Shown piece by piece: positions 1 to 10,640 of a stretch of 64,000 nt of DNA. This DNA comes from Gammaproteobacteria bacterium (GTDB taxonomy: Bacteria > Pseudomonadota > Gammaproteobacteria > UBA4575). The stretch lies in NCBI GenBank assembly GCA_965243395.1, contig CBDEUS010000002.1, positions 576,001-640,000 of the forward strand, in the 5' to 3' direction. The translations under genes and the position numbers were made by a program. The notes under the pieces were generated by a model, which was given only the letters and a program-made list of their open reading frames with translations, searched no databases and was not told the origin of the DNA. The first letter of the stretch is position 1; each line of letters begins with the position of its first letter.

Positions 1-165
1 TGTGGGTTTTTCAATTGCCGCAATAAGTTTTAGTAAAGTGCTTTTACCAGCACCCGACGGGCCCGTTAAAAATGCCATCTCACCCCGTTCGATGGTTAAA
101 TTTAAATGTGAAAGTGCCTCCCGGTTTCCTGGATAGCGTTTGGTGATATTTTGTAGCTCGATCAT
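1..165 (-). CDS. ftsE: Cell division ATP-binding protein FtsE (5' part; runs off the window edge)
   Basis: Not in ORF track. Manual translation from ATG at 165: MIELQNITKRYPGNREALSHLNLTIERGEMAFLTGPSGAGKSTLLKLIAAIEKPT (Walker A GPSGAGKS); directly downstream of ftsY as in ftsYEX. Confidence 0.9.
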   Translation of the reverse strand, partial: MIELQNITKRYPGNREALSHLNLTIERGEMAFLTGPSGAGKSTLLKLIAAIEKPT

Positions 166-168
166 TAG

Positions 169-1116
169 CTAAGTAATCTCCGCAGTAATCGGCTCACGCC
201 CGAGCAGAGCCCCTGCATATTGTTGAGCGTTAAATACACGTAAGTCTTCAACCGCTTCACCAACCCCTATGTACCGTATGGGCAATTTTAATTTGTCTGC
301 AATGGCCAATACGATTCCTCCTTTTGCACTACCATCCAGTTTGGTGATAGCAATACCAGTAACCTCTAGTGCCTGATGAAATTCTACTGCTTGGTTGATG
401 GCATTTTGTCCTGTACCGCCTTCTAAAACCAACAGGGTTTCGTGGGGAGCTTCTGGTTCAATCTTTTGTAAAGCTCGCTTAATTTTTTGAAGTTCTTGCA
501 TTAGATTTTGTTGAGTGTGTAAACGTCCTGCCGTGTCAGCGATGAGAACATTTACATTGCGTGCTTTTGCAGATTGAAAAGCATCAAATACAACCGCTGC
601 ACTGTCAGAACCACTTTTCTGCGCAATCACCGGAGCATTAATTCGTTTACCCCACTCTTGTAATTGCTCTACAGCGGCGGCCCGAAAGGTATCACCTGCG
701 GCTAGCATTACTGACTGGCGATATTCAACGAGTCTTTGAGCAATTTTGCCAATTGTAGTTGTTTTTCCTGCACCATTTACACCCACCACTAAAATTACGA
801 AGGGTCGAATGTTTTGCATAATTAAGGGTTTGTTACACGGTTGCAAAATTTCCGCAATACTTTCTTGCAAGGCATCATAAAGCACATCGACATCGGTAAG
901 CTGGGTGCGACTTACTCTGGTGGTTAAATCTTCAATGATTTTGTTCGTCGTCTCTAGCCCTACATCCGCCATGACTAAACGATCTTCGATTTCTGTAATT
1001 AAGTCATCATCCAGCTCTTTTTTACCCAAAACCGCCGTAGCCAAACCTTCTGTCAGTGCATCACTGGTTTTAGATAGGCCTTTGCGCAGGCGCTGAAAAA
1101 CTCCTGTATCGGTCAT
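169..1116 (-). CDS. ftsY: Signal recognition particle receptor FtsY (short, NG domain only)
   Basis: GVNGAGKTTT, DTFRAAA, DTAGR and TKLDG SRP-GTPase motifs. Confidence 0.97.
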   Translation of the reverse strand: MTDTGVFQRLRKGLSKTSDALTEGLATAVLGKKELDDDLITEIEDRLVMADVGLETTNKIIEDLTTRVSRTQLTDVDVLYDALQESIAEILQPCNKPLIMQNIRPFVILVVGVNGAGKTTTIGKIAQRLVEYRQSVMLAAGDTFRAAAVEQLQEWGKRINAPVIAQKSGSDSAAVVFDAFQSAKARNVNVLIADTAGRLHTQQNLMQELQKIKRALQKIEPEAPHETLLVLEGGTGQNAINQAVEFHQALEVTGIAITKLDGSAKGGIVLAIADKLKLPIRYIGVGEAVEDLRVFNAQQYAGALLGREPITAEIT

Positions 1117-1257
1117 AAATCAATTCCAAGAAATATTTTCTTAGCTAATGTAAATTCAGACATAGATTTTGAACAAATAGCTATAATATGGTCTAACAAA
1201 AATGCTGTGAATAAAAACGGCGCTAATCCTAACATCAAGTACATTCATGCGTAACAA

Positions 1258-2655
1258 ATGAAGCTAATAAAATTTTTGCCGCTATTTCTACTGCTTTTGG
1301 TTGGCTGTGCCAACCTTTCTTCTAATTCAATTGCTGAGAAAGCTGATGAAGTTGAATTTTCAATTATCAGTGATCAAAGTTTAAAGACTCATGAGACTAC
1401 TTTTGACAATGGCATGAAGGTTATTGTCAAGGAAGATCACCGTGCTCCGGTAGTGATTTCACAAGTATGGTATCAGGTAGGTTCAGCACAAGAACATAGT
1501 GGTATCACTGGAGTTTCTCATGCGCTGGAACACATGATGTTTAAAGGTACAGAAAAATATCCTTCGGGAATCTTTTCGTCTTTAGTGGCCGAAATTGGTG
1601 CGCGTGATAATGCATTTACAGGACGAGACTACACGGCTTATTACCAATTAATGGGCAAAGACAACTTAGAGCTTAGTTTTGAGCTTGAATCAGATCGCAT
1701 GCAAAATTTAATTCTTTCAGAAGAAGATTTTAAAAGCGAAATCGAAGTTGTAAAAGAAGAACGTCGACTTCGTACAGATGACAATCCCAATGCACGTGTA
1801 TATGAGCAACTTTATGCTACCGCTTTTACAAATAATCCCTATCATCATCCTATTATTGGTTGGATGAATGATTTAGATAACATGGAAGTTTCTGATTTAG
1901 AGGAGTGGTATCAGCGCTGGTATAGCCCAAATAACGCGACTCTAGTGGTCGTCGGAGATGTAAAACCTATGCAGGTGTTTACTCTGGCACGACAGTATTT
2001 TGGTGATATTCAAAGTCGCGAAGTAAAAGCTAGTAAACCAAGAATTGAACATCCTCAAACAGGCACTCGACGTGTCACAGTAAAGGCAATAGCTAAATTG
2101 CCATATGTCATGCTGGGTTACAAAGTACCTTCTCTGGCTACCGCAGAGAGTGATTGGGAACCATATGCTCTATCCGTATTGGCAGGCGTGCTTGATGGTG
2201 GCCGCAGTGCAAGATTAAGTAAACGTTTAGTACGAGAAAAAGAATTAGTTTCGGGAGCAGGAGCTGGCTACAACTTGTTTGCACGTTATCCAACTTTGTT
2301 TTTATTTGATGCTACACCCACTGAAGAGCACGGCATAGAAGTAGCTGAACAAGCGTTATATAAAGAAATTAAAGATATACAACAAAACTTAGTAAACGAA
2401 GAAGAGCTCAGCCGTGTTAAAGCACAAGTGATTGCGAGTGAGGTTTATCAACAAGATTCGGTGCAGCGACAAGCAACGGTAATTGGCAGTCTAGAAACTG
2501 TTGGTTTGGGTTGGAAAGTAATGGGTGAATACAGAGAACGTATTAATGCAATAACGGCGGAACAGGTTCGTGAAGTTGCGCAAAAATACTTAATTGAAGA
2601 TAGTTTAACCGTCTCACTGTTACAACCAATTGAGCAAATTGCTGAAAATAATTAG
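1258..2655 (+). CDS. M16 family zinc peptidase, catalytic subunit, probable lipoprotein
   Basis: Inverted zinc motif HALEH(MMFKG), NAFT motif; lipobox LVGC after a hydrophobic N-terminus. Confidence 0.92.
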   Translation: MKLIKFLPLFLLLLVGCANLSSNSIAEKADEVEFSIISDQSLKTHETTFDNGMKVIVKEDHRAPVVISQVWYQVGSAQEHSGITGVSHALEHMMFKGTEKYPSGIFSSLVAEIGARDNAFTGRDYTAYYQLMGKDNLELSFELESDRMQNLILSEEDFKSEIEVVKEERRLRTDDNPNARVYEQLYATAFTNNPYHHPIIGWMNDLDNMEVSDLEEWYQRWYSPNNATLVVVGDVKPMQVFTLARQYFGDIQSREVKASKPRIEHPQTGTRRVTVKAIAKLPYVMLGYKVPSLATAESDWEPYALSVLAGVLDGGRSARLSKRLVREKELVSGAGAGYNLFARYPTLFLFDATPTEEHGIEVAEQALYKEIKDIQQNLVNEEELSRVKAQVIASEVYQQDSVQRQATVIGSLETVGLGWKVMGEYRERINAITAEQVREVAQKYLIEDSLTVSLLQPIEQIAENN

Positions 2656-2679
2656 CTATAACTTGCAGAAATTATCAAA

Positions 2680-3999
2680 ATGAAAATCAAATTATTCGTA
2701 CTAATTTTACTTGGCTTTAGTTTTATCCACGTTGCTTCTGCTGCTCCACAGATTGAAAAATGGCAAACTTCTAATGGTGTAAAAGCTTTATTTGTAGCTG
2801 CTCCAGAGTTGCCGATGATAGATATTGCTGTCACCTTCGATGCGGGCAGTGGGCGTGATGCAGAGATTCCAGGTTTGTCTCAATTGACGCATGCCATGTT
2901 AAATACTGGTAGTGGCTCATTATCGGCGGACGATATCGCCGAAAAATTTGAGGGCTTGGGCGCGCAATTTGGAGCAAGTGTAAATTTGGATCGTTCCAGC
3001 GTTGCATTGCGTAGTCTTACGGATGAAAAATTATTTTTGCCGGCGTTGCAAACATTTATCGCAATAACTGCAAACCCAAGTTTTCCTGAAAAAGATTTTT
3101 CGCGTTTAAAAAATCAAACACTCGTGGCAATTAAAGATTCATCACAGCGTCCAGGAGATATGGCCAGCCGTGCATTTTATAAAGCCATTTATAACAATCA
3201 CCCCTATGCTCATCCAACAGAGGGATACAAACACAGCGTTGAAAGTATTCGTTTACAAGATGTAAAAAACTTTCATCAACAATTCCTTGTCGCCAATAAC
3301 GCATTAATTGCCATTGTAGGGGATATAAACTTACAAAAGGCTAAAGAAATTGCCGAACAAATTGCTACTAGTTTTACTCAAGGTTCTAAACCCGAACCAC
3401 TGCCAATACCTTCAGTTGCACATGATGTAGGAGACATTTACATTCCTTTCCCGTCTCAACAATCACATGTGTATTTAGGTAAATTAGGAATTCAGCGGGG
3501 GCATGAGGATTATTTTGCGTTGTACGCCGGGAATCATGTATTGGGTGGTGGTGGTTTTACATCTCGCTTAGTCAAAGAAGTACGCGTAGAGCGCGGACTT
3601 TCTTACAGTGTATATAGTTATTTTTTCCCCTTGTTTGCACCTGGCCCTTTTACTTTGGGTTTGCAAACTCGAACAGATCAAGCACATCAAGCTGCGGAAG
3701 TTTCTTTGCAAACCATAGACAAATTTTTAGCCGAAGGACCCAGTGAAGAAGAGTTAAATTTATCTAAAAATAATATTGTTGGTGGATTTCCCTTGCGCAT
3801 AGATAGCAACCGCGACATTTTAGGTTATTTGTCATTGATTGGTTATTATCAATTACCTCTCGATTATTTAGATACTTTTACAGAAAATATTTCAGCAGTT
3901 ACACAAGAACAAATTCGCACTGCATTTACAAAACATTTAGATACAAAAAAACTCGTTACCATAATTGTCGGTGGTCCAGAAGGAGAACACGGATCATAA
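2680..3999 (+). CDS. M16 family peptidase, non-catalytic partner subunit
   Basis: M16-type sequence without HxxEH; carries EVRVERGLSYSV (R/Y pair); signal peptide; paired with the preceding gene. Confidence 0.9.
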   Translation: MKIKLFVLILLGFSFIHVASAAPQIEKWQTSNGVKALFVAAPELPMIDIAVTFDAGSGRDAEIPGLSQLTHAMLNTGSGSLSADDIAEKFEGLGAQFGASVNLDRSSVALRSLTDEKLFLPALQTFIAITANPSFPEKDFSRLKNQTLVAIKDSSQRPGDMASRAFYKAIYNNHPYAHPTEGYKHSVESIRLQDVKNFHQQFLVANNALIAIVGDINLQKAKEIAEQIATSFTQGSKPEPLPIPSVAHDVGDIYIPFPSQQSHVYLGKLGIQRGHEDYFALYAGNHVLGGGGFTSRLVKEVRVERGLSYSVYSYFFPLFAPGPFTLGLQTRTDQAHQAAEVSLQTIDKFLAEGPSEEELNLSKNNIVGGFPLRIDSNRDILGYLSLIGYYQLPLDYLDTFTENISAVTQEQIRTAFTKHLDTKKLVTIIVGGPEGEHGS

Positions 4000-4002
4000 C
4001 GA

Positions 4003-4557
4003 GTGGCTAACAAGAATAATCTGCGCATTATTGGTGGCGTGTGGCGAAGCCGACGCATTCATTTTATAAATTCAAAGAAAATTCGTCCCACTCCTGACCG
4101 TGTGCGTGAAACACTTTTTAATTGGCTAGCAAATGATGTAGAAGGTGCATTATGTTTAGACTTGTTTGCGGGTAGTGGGGCATTAGCTTTTGAGGCGGTT
4201 TCACGCGGTGCGAAGCATGCGGTCTTAGTAGAAGAAGATGCCAAGATTGTCTCTCAGCTTAATCTGCAAAAAGAAGTTTTACATACGAATGCAATCGAAA
4301 TTAAGCAGCAGAATGCATTGAAATACATACAAGCAGAATCTAAGCAATACGATATTATATTTTTAGATCCACCATTCAATTCTGATCTTTTAGAAAAAAC
4401 AGTGCCGCTTGTGTTAGAACACCAGTTGTTGTCATCGAAAGGGTTATTGTATGTTGAGTCTGCGGCTAACCAATCTGTTCCCGAATCGCTAAAAACATTA
4501 ACTTGTGTGCGTGAAAAAATTAGCGGCGAAGTACGATATGCTCTTTATTCCTACTAG
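4003..4557 (+). CDS. rsmD: 16S rRNA m2G966 methyltransferase RsmD
   Basis: LRIIGG, RPTPDRVRETLFNWL, DLFAGSG, DPPF. Confidence 0.96.
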   Translation: MANKNNLRIIGGVWRSRRIHFINSKKIRPTPDRVRETLFNWLANDVEGALCLDLFAGSGALAFEAVSRGAKHAVLVEEDAKIVSQLNLQKEVLHTNAIEIKQQNALKYIQAESKQYDIIFLDPPFNSDLLEKTVPLVLEHQLLSSKGLLYVESAANQSVPESLKTLTCVREKISGEVRYALYSY

Positions 4558-4608
4558 TTTTCATCATACTCATAAATAATTTGCCATAAACGGTATTATT
4601 CATATTAA

Positions 4609-5103
<495 letters not shown>

Positions 5104-5139
5104 TTTTTAGCGTTTGTAGAGACCACACAATAGCGGTCC

Positions 5140-6873
5140 ATGAGTAAATTTTGGTCGGCATATTTATATGTAATCATTTGCTTACCATTATTATTATCTG
5201 CTTGCGACGACTCGTCCGAGATCGAGCCAGATGTTTTAGAATCAACCCCAAAATCTGAATTTGCAGTTGCAACCGCACATCCACTGGCCACACAAGCTGG
5301 CATAAAAATTTTACAAGAAGGTGGTAATGCTTTTGATGCGGCGGTGGCAGTAACTGCAACCTTAGCCGTGGTAGAGCCTTATGCCTCAGGTATAGGCGGT
5401 GGTGGATTTTGGTTACTACATTTTGCCGATGAAGATCACGACATAATGGTTGATGGTAGAGAAGTAGCACCTTTTGCAGCCACTCGCGACATGTATATCG
5501 ATGTCGATGGTAAGCCTACTAAAAATTCTGTAACCGGACCCTTTGCCGCAGGTATTCCTGGTACTCCAGCTGCGCTCGTGCATATAGCAGAGAATTACGG
5601 TCGTCTGCCGTTAAGTCAAAGCTTAGCTCCAGCCATTGAGGTTGCACGTGATGGATTTTTGTTAACAGAGTTTTATGTAAAACGTGCCAAGGCAGTGTTG
5701 GAACGATTACAAAGTTTTCCAGAAACTATGAAAATCTTTATGCCGAATGGTGATGTGCCGCAAGCGGGTTTTAAATTAGTACAGTCGGATCTAGCGCAAG
5801 TACTTGAACAAATTGCAGTTAATGGATTGGATGGATTTTACCGAGGGGATGTAGCGCAAAAGTTAGTCGGTAGTGTGCAGCAAGCTGGAGGAATATGGCA
5901 GCTAGAAGACTTAGAAAAATATCAAGTGATTGAACGACAACCGATTAAAGGTAAATACAAAAATTTAGAAATTGTGAGTGCAACACTACCTTCTTCGGGC
6001 GGTATTGTGATCATGCAAGTATTGAATATGCTTTCACAGCTTGATTTGCAAACAATGAATGATGCGCGACGCAAACATGTCATCGTTGAAGCAATGCGTA
6101 GAGCTTATTATGATCGCGCAAAATATTTAGGCGATAAAGACTTTGTAAATGTTCAAGTTGATGAGTTGCTGTCAATGTCGCATGCAGAAAAACACTGGGC
6201 AGATTTTAGCGCTCAACATGCAACGCGAAGTGAAGATTATCTAGATAAAGAGCTTGATAAAAATCTTAAGTTAAAAGAACAGGCTCAAAACACCACACAT
6301 TTTTCAATACTGGATCAAGAAGGCAACCAAGTGGCCGCGACACTCTCAATTAACTATTTCTTTGGTTCGGGGTTTGTGGCTGAAGGCACTGGAGTGCTGC
6401 TTAATAATGAGATGGATGATTTTTCTATACAACCGGGACATGCAAACTTATGGGGGTTAGTAGGTAGTGAGGCGAATGCAATTGAACCGGGCAAACGTAT
6501 GTTATCCAGTATGTCTCCAACGTTTTTAAGTGACGGTCGGCGTATTGCGGTCTTGGGAACGCCTGGAGGGAGCCGCATTATCAGCATGGTGTTATTGTCT
6601 GCCTTAGCTTTTGCGGAAGGTGCATCCGCTGAGCAAATGGTAAATTTGCCGCGTTACCATCACCAGTATTTACCAGACGAAATTCAGTATGAAAGCGGTG
6701 CAATACAAGAAGATACCATGGCTACTTTGCAATCTATGGGTCATGAGTTAAAAGATTTAGAACGCACTTATGGAAATATGCATGTCATTGTTTGGGATTT
6801 AAAAACTAAACAAGTCACGGCTGCAAGTGACCCACGTGGTATTGGTTCTGCACAAGTTGTAACAAGTCAGTAA
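5140..6873 (+). CDS. ggt: Gamma-glutamyltransferase, probable lipoprotein
   Basis: GGNAFDAAVA, catalytic TTHFS, LNNEMDDF, GTPGGSRI; lipobox LSAC. Confidence 0.96.
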   Translation: MSKFWSAYLYVIICLPLLLSACDDSSEIEPDVLESTPKSEFAVATAHPLATQAGIKILQEGGNAFDAAVAVTATLAVVEPYASGIGGGGFWLLHFADEDHDIMVDGREVAPFAATRDMYIDVDGKPTKNSVTGPFAAGIPGTPAALVHIAENYGRLPLSQSLAPAIEVARDGFLLTEFYVKRAKAVLERLQSFPETMKIFMPNGDVPQAGFKLVQSDLAQVLEQIAVNGLDGFYRGDVAQKLVGSVQQAGGIWQLEDLEKYQVIERQPIKGKYKNLEIVSATLPSSGGIVIMQVLNMLSQLDLQTMNDARRKHVIVEAMRRAYYDRAKYLGDKDFVNVQVDELLSMSHAEKHWADFSAQHATRSEDYLDKELDKNLKLKEQAQNTTHFSILDQEGNQVAATLSINYFFGSGFVAEGTGVLLNNEMDDFSIQPGHANLWGLVGSEANAIEPGKRMLSSMSPTFLSDGRRIAVLGTPGGSRIISMVLLSALAFAEGASAEQMVNLPRYHHQYLPDEIQYESGAIQEDTMATLQSMGHELKDLERTYGNMHVIVWDLKTKQVTAASDPRGIGSAQVVTSQ

Positions 6874-7475
6874 TGCAGTTTGTTTATTTTGCAAGCCCAA
6901 TGTGTTCGTGGTGTTGGGGGTTTTCGCCCGTTATACAACAATTAAAAAAAGCTTACGGCACAGACAAAATTCGTTTGATGTTAACTCCTTTTAGAGTGGA
7001 TACCACAGAACCCATGGATGATGCCTTACGTAATTACGTATTAGGGCAGTGGCATAAAGTACACCAGACTACAGGGCAGGAATTTGATTTTCGTTTCGCG
7101 ATGCCAAAAGATTTTATTTATAACACCACTTTGGTGTGCCTAAGCATTAAAGCCTTTCGTAAACAACGTGTAGCTCTGGAATTAGAATATATGCATGATT
7201 TGCAACACATTTACTATACTGAGAATCAAGATCTCACTAACGAAGAGGTATTAATAAAAATTGCAGAAAAATTTGGCTTGAATATTTTGCAATTTAAGCA
7301 AGACTTACATAGCGAATTAATAAAGGAAGAGCTGCAAAAGGACTTTTCTTTTTGTAAGCAACTCAATGTGCGTAGCTATCCGACCCTCATGCTTGAAAAG
7401 AATGATGAATATAGTGTTTTGGCGAATGGTTATTTAGCTTTTGCAGAATTGCAGCAGAGAATAGAGTCTTTTTGA
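6873..7475 (+). CDS. DsbA-family thioredoxin-fold protein
   Basis: PMCSWCWGF CxxC motif and C-terminal SYPTL cis-Pro motif; start overlaps the ggt stop. Confidence 0.88.
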   Translation: MQFVYFASPMCSWCWGFSPVIQQLKKAYGTDKIRLMLTPFRVDTTEPMDDALRNYVLGQWHKVHQTTGQEFDFRFAMPKDFIYNTTLVCLSIKAFRKQRVALELEYMHDLQHIYYTENQDLTNEEVLIKIAEKFGLNILQFKQDLHSELIKEELQKDFSFCKQLNVRSYPTLMLEKNDEYSVLANGYLAFAELQQRIESF

Positions 7476-7483
7476 GATATTTA

Positions 7484-7654
7484 TTATTTGTTTTCAGTGC
7501 TAGAGCTGTTTTTATCAGGTTCAGCCTCAGTTTCTTTATAGCTGTTACGCAGAATTTCAATTTGCCAGGTTTGCAAAGTATCTGCATCCGTGAGCACAAA
7601 AGTATCTTTGCCAACCTTGCTAATGGAATAGCGTTCTTTGTCCGAAAGATCCAT
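7484..7654 (-). CDS. Possible small hypothetical protein (56 aa, MDLSDKERYS...)
   Basis: C-terminal half of the 111-aa ORF 7484..7819 reads protein-like from the internal ATG at 7654; no family recognised. Confidence 0.3.
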   Translation of the reverse strand: MDLSDKERYSISKVGKDTFVLTDADTLQTWQIEILRNSYKETEAEPDKNSSSTENK

Positions 7655-7824
7655 GAAAGTGCAAATATAGTTCCGTAAGTAATTAAGCTCATAATTTTGA
7701 AGCCTTTCACAAAATTTCACTTCTAGATAAAGACACAAGGCTGGATCTTGGCCATGAGTGACAAAGTGATATGACAACCGGTCTATATTGATAAGTAAAC
7801 GGAATGTGAACCGTAACAACGATT

Positions 7825-8703
7825 TTAGTAAATATCACCTGAACTCAAAAAGTTAGAAATTTCTTCTAATACAGACTCGGCGATGAGAATTCTTCCATGC
7901 CCATTGCCAGTAGTTGAGAATAATCTAATTCCCGGATGAGTTGCGATTTCTTCAGCTTCTGCATGTGGTACGACTCGATCCTTATGATCATGAATGATTA
8001 GAGTTTGACCCTGGAAATTTTGTAAAAAATTTTTTGTTGTCATTGTGTCAATACTGCGATTAGCAATTGATTGCAGTTTTTGGTGAAAAATTTCTAAAAT
8101 TATATTTGGTAATTGCATGGCGTGGATAAAAGAAGCAAATATACCTGCTAATCGATTAGGCCCCGCAATCAGCACAATTTTATTTATCCTTTCAAGCTGT
8201 TTAGTGTTTTGTGTCATATCGATAGCAAGTGCATTAGTCATTGCACCAAACGAATGGCCGATTAATACATCGATTGGTTGTACATGTGAAGCAATGGCGA
8301 GTAAAGCTTGAGTGTTACGGAGCAGGTTTGTTTGTTTGCCGGAAGAATTACCATGTGCTGGCCCGTCAAAGGCAAGCACATTGAACCCGTCATCTAATAG
8401 ACGCTGAATGATATGTGAAAAGTTTAATGCATGTCCTCCCCAACCATGCGCACATAATACTGTTTTCGCGTTATTAGGATTATTAGATGTTTGCCATTGA
8501 TAAGCAGCTAACTGATATTCGCCACTATTTATGAAAAATTGCTGGGCTCGTTGAAGTAGGGCTTTTTCAGATTGGTTTAGTTCTTGTTTACGACTTCGTG
8601 GCTGGCAAAAAAAAGACCACGCTATATCGGCGGCCAATGAAGGTGATATTTTTGCTAACAATCTGACAATGCGACTGAATAAAATTTTTAATAAATTTTC
8701 CAC
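7825..8703 (-). CDS. Alpha/beta-fold hydrolase
   Basis: HGWGG oxyanion motif, DGPAHG, GHSFG nucleophile elbow, HD..D.VVP and GH catalytic motifs. Confidence 0.9.
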   Translation of the reverse strand: MENLLKILFSRIVRLLAKISPSLAADIAWSFFCQPRSRKQELNQSEKALLQRAQQFFINSGEYQLAAYQWQTSNNPNNAKTVLCAHGWGGHALNFSHIIQRLLDDGFNVLAFDGPAHGNSSGKQTNLLRNTQALLAIASHVQPIDVLIGHSFGAMTNALAIDMTQNTKQLERINKIVLIAGPNRLAGIFASFIHAMQLPNIILEIFHQKLQSIANRSIDTMTTKNFLQNFQGQTLIIHDHKDRVVPHAEAEEIATHPGIRLFSTTGNGHGRILIAESVLEEISNFLSSGDIY

Positions 8704-8720
8704 AAAACATAGCTAAGTAA

Positions 8721-9533
8721 TCAATGTTGGCACTGTACACAAAAAAAGCTGCTGCGTTGGCCGATAGTGCGAACTCTTATTGGACTTTTGCATACCGGGC
8801 ATGGCTTTCCGGTTTGTTTATAAACATTCAGCTGATTAGCAAAATAGCCGGGTTTACCCTCTTCGTTAACAAAATCACGTAATGTCGTACCTCCCGATTT
8901 AATCGCTTTGGTCAAAACTTCTTTTATACTGTTTGCAAGGGCTTCATAACGCTTTAATGAGATTCTTCCTGCCGCACGTTGCGGGTGTATACCGCTTAAA
9001 AATAATGATTCGCTAGCATATATATTTCCTACTCCCACTACAATATGACTATTCATAATAAAGTTTTTGACATTGATTTTTTTACCTTGGGCGAGACGGT
9101 GTAAATAAGCACCCGTAAAATCTTTACTTAATGGTTCAGGGCCAAGATTTTGCAACAAATCGTGCTGCAACGGATCTTTGTTTGTCCATAAGACAGCACC
9201 GAATCTTCTTGGGTCATGAAAGCGCAAAGTTTTTTTGCTTAATACAAAGTCAATATGGTCATGCTTGCGTGGTATAGCTTGATGATTAACCATACGCAAA
9301 CTTCCCGACATACCTAAATGAATGATTAAATGCCCCACATCAGTACAAAACAATAAATATTTTGCGCGACGCTTAATATTCTGTATTTTTTTACCTTGAA
9401 GCTTTTTTTTAAGGTTACGAGGAACAGGCCAGCGCAAGCTAGATTGCCGGATTACAACATCCTCAATTTTGTTATTTTTTACATGAGGCGTTATGCCACG
9501 CCGAGTAGTTTCTACTTCTGGTAGTTCAGGCAT
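8721..9533 (-). CDS. mutM: Formamidopyrimidine-DNA glycosylase
   Basis: MPELPEVE, HLGMSG, GVGNIYA, C-terminal CPVC...CVQCQ zinc finger. Confidence 0.98.
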   Translation of the reverse strand: MPELPEVETTRRGITPHVKNNKIEDVVIRQSSLRWPVPRNLKKKLQGKKIQNIKRRAKYLLFCTDVGHLIIHLGMSGSLRMVNHQAIPRKHDHIDFVLSKKTLRFHDPRRFGAVLWTNKDPLQHDLLQNLGPEPLSKDFTGAYLHRLAQGKKINVKNFIMNSHIVVGVGNIYASESLFLSGIHPQRAAGRISLKRYEALANSIKEVLTKAIKSGGTTLRDFVNEEGKPGYFANQLNVYKQTGKPCPVCKSPIRVRTIGQRSSFFCVQCQH

Positions 9534-9537
9534 CCCA

Positions 9538-10545
9538 TCAAGCTTGGTAGAAAGCTTCTATTTCGACTAACAAATTTTCTCTACACATGTCACCGAGTAG
9601 CAATGCACGCGGAGTGGTACTAGATAATCTTGCTGCAAGTACTTGCTTAATTTGATCAACATTTTCACGTCGGCGAATATAAACCTTCATATACAATAGA
9701 TCATCTTGAGCGTTTAACTGGGTATGATATTTATCATTTGCATGGGCTACTAAGGTCTCAACGTTATTAATGGCTTCATTGAGTTGTGCACAAACGTCGT
9801 TGATATGTAAAGTTTCATGTCCAACAATGCTGGCAGTACCTGATACATAGAAATGCGTACGTTGTCCCCAGGTCTTTATCAAGCCACGCGAAAACAATGG
9901 TTGAGTATGCTGTTCTTCAACAGGATAGTTGTATGCGCTGGTCTGACGAGGATTTTCTACTGCGGTTCCGGGAGTGTCACTGGCTAAAAAATATATTTGG
10001 AATGTATTTTCATGATTTCCGATCACAGTCGCTGCAGGATAAACCTTGGTCTTGATGTTACATGCTTGCATGGCTAGTTTACGACCATGACAAAATGTTT
10101 CGTAGCGGTTTAACTGGGAATGCTGTGAATCTTTAGCGGTAATATCAGGAAAGAAATTCCAGGTACGTAATAAATGCTTGCAAGTCGTATTTTCTAAACA
10201 TTGGTAAATCTCGCAGTAGGCTTTTTGAGTTAAAGACTGCAAACAAGTTTTGCTTGAGCAGGCTAATTCAATAAACCCAAACAACATTTGAGGTGTGTGC
10301 GCATAACGAATGTTTTGATAGCGATCTTGTGATACTTGCTGATCAGTAAACCAATATTGCGCAAACAAATTCGAACCTAAAAGTTCCAGTTCAGTTTGGA
10401 TGGATAAACAGTCTGGATGCAGACTTGCATTTTTGCCGAAATAAAGATGTGTCAGCAAAGCCTGTTGCTTAGGTAACACAGCCTTGTCTTCGCTTACCAC
10501 AATATCCAATGCTGCTTGATTAATATGGTTTATATCTACACTCAT
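9538..10545 (-). CDS. Chorismatase of the FkbO/Hyg5/XanB2 type
   Basis: LLRTWNF, YPAATVIG, ENPRQTSAYNYP, FSRG, SGTASIVGHET and C-terminal CRENLLVEIEA motifs. Confidence 0.85.
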   Translation of the reverse strand: MSVDINHINQAALDIVVSEDKAVLPKQQALLTHLYFGKNASLHPDCLSIQTELELLGSNLFAQYWFTDQQVSQDRYQNIRYAHTPQMLFGFIELACSSKTCLQSLTQKAYCEIYQCLENTTCKHLLRTWNFFPDITAKDSQHSQLNRYETFCHGRKLAMQACNIKTKVYPAATVIGNHENTFQIYFLASDTPGTAVENPRQTSAYNYPVEEQHTQPLFSRGLIKTWGQRTHFYVSGTASIVGHETLHINDVCAQLNEAINNVETLVAHANDKYHTQLNAQDDLLYMKVYIRRRENVDQIKQVLAARLSSTTPRALLLGDMCRENLLVEIEAFYQA

Positions 10546-10640
10546 TGAGTTACTGTAACGCGCTTACCGCGGTCTAGCTAGCAAACAAAATTAATTTAAA
10601 GATTAATTTAACCGATTAGTTTGAAACTAAGACAGTTAAA

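Noticed and set aside
169-1116. Short FtsY as a truncation or pseudogene
   Set aside because: NG-only FtsY with the N-terminal amphipathic helix (VFQRLRKGL) is common, and all GTPase motifs are intact.
7387-7819. Overlapping ORFs of 107, 68 and 111 aa
   Set aside because: Mutually overlapping with no motifs; only a 56-aa sub-ORF was kept, at low confidence.
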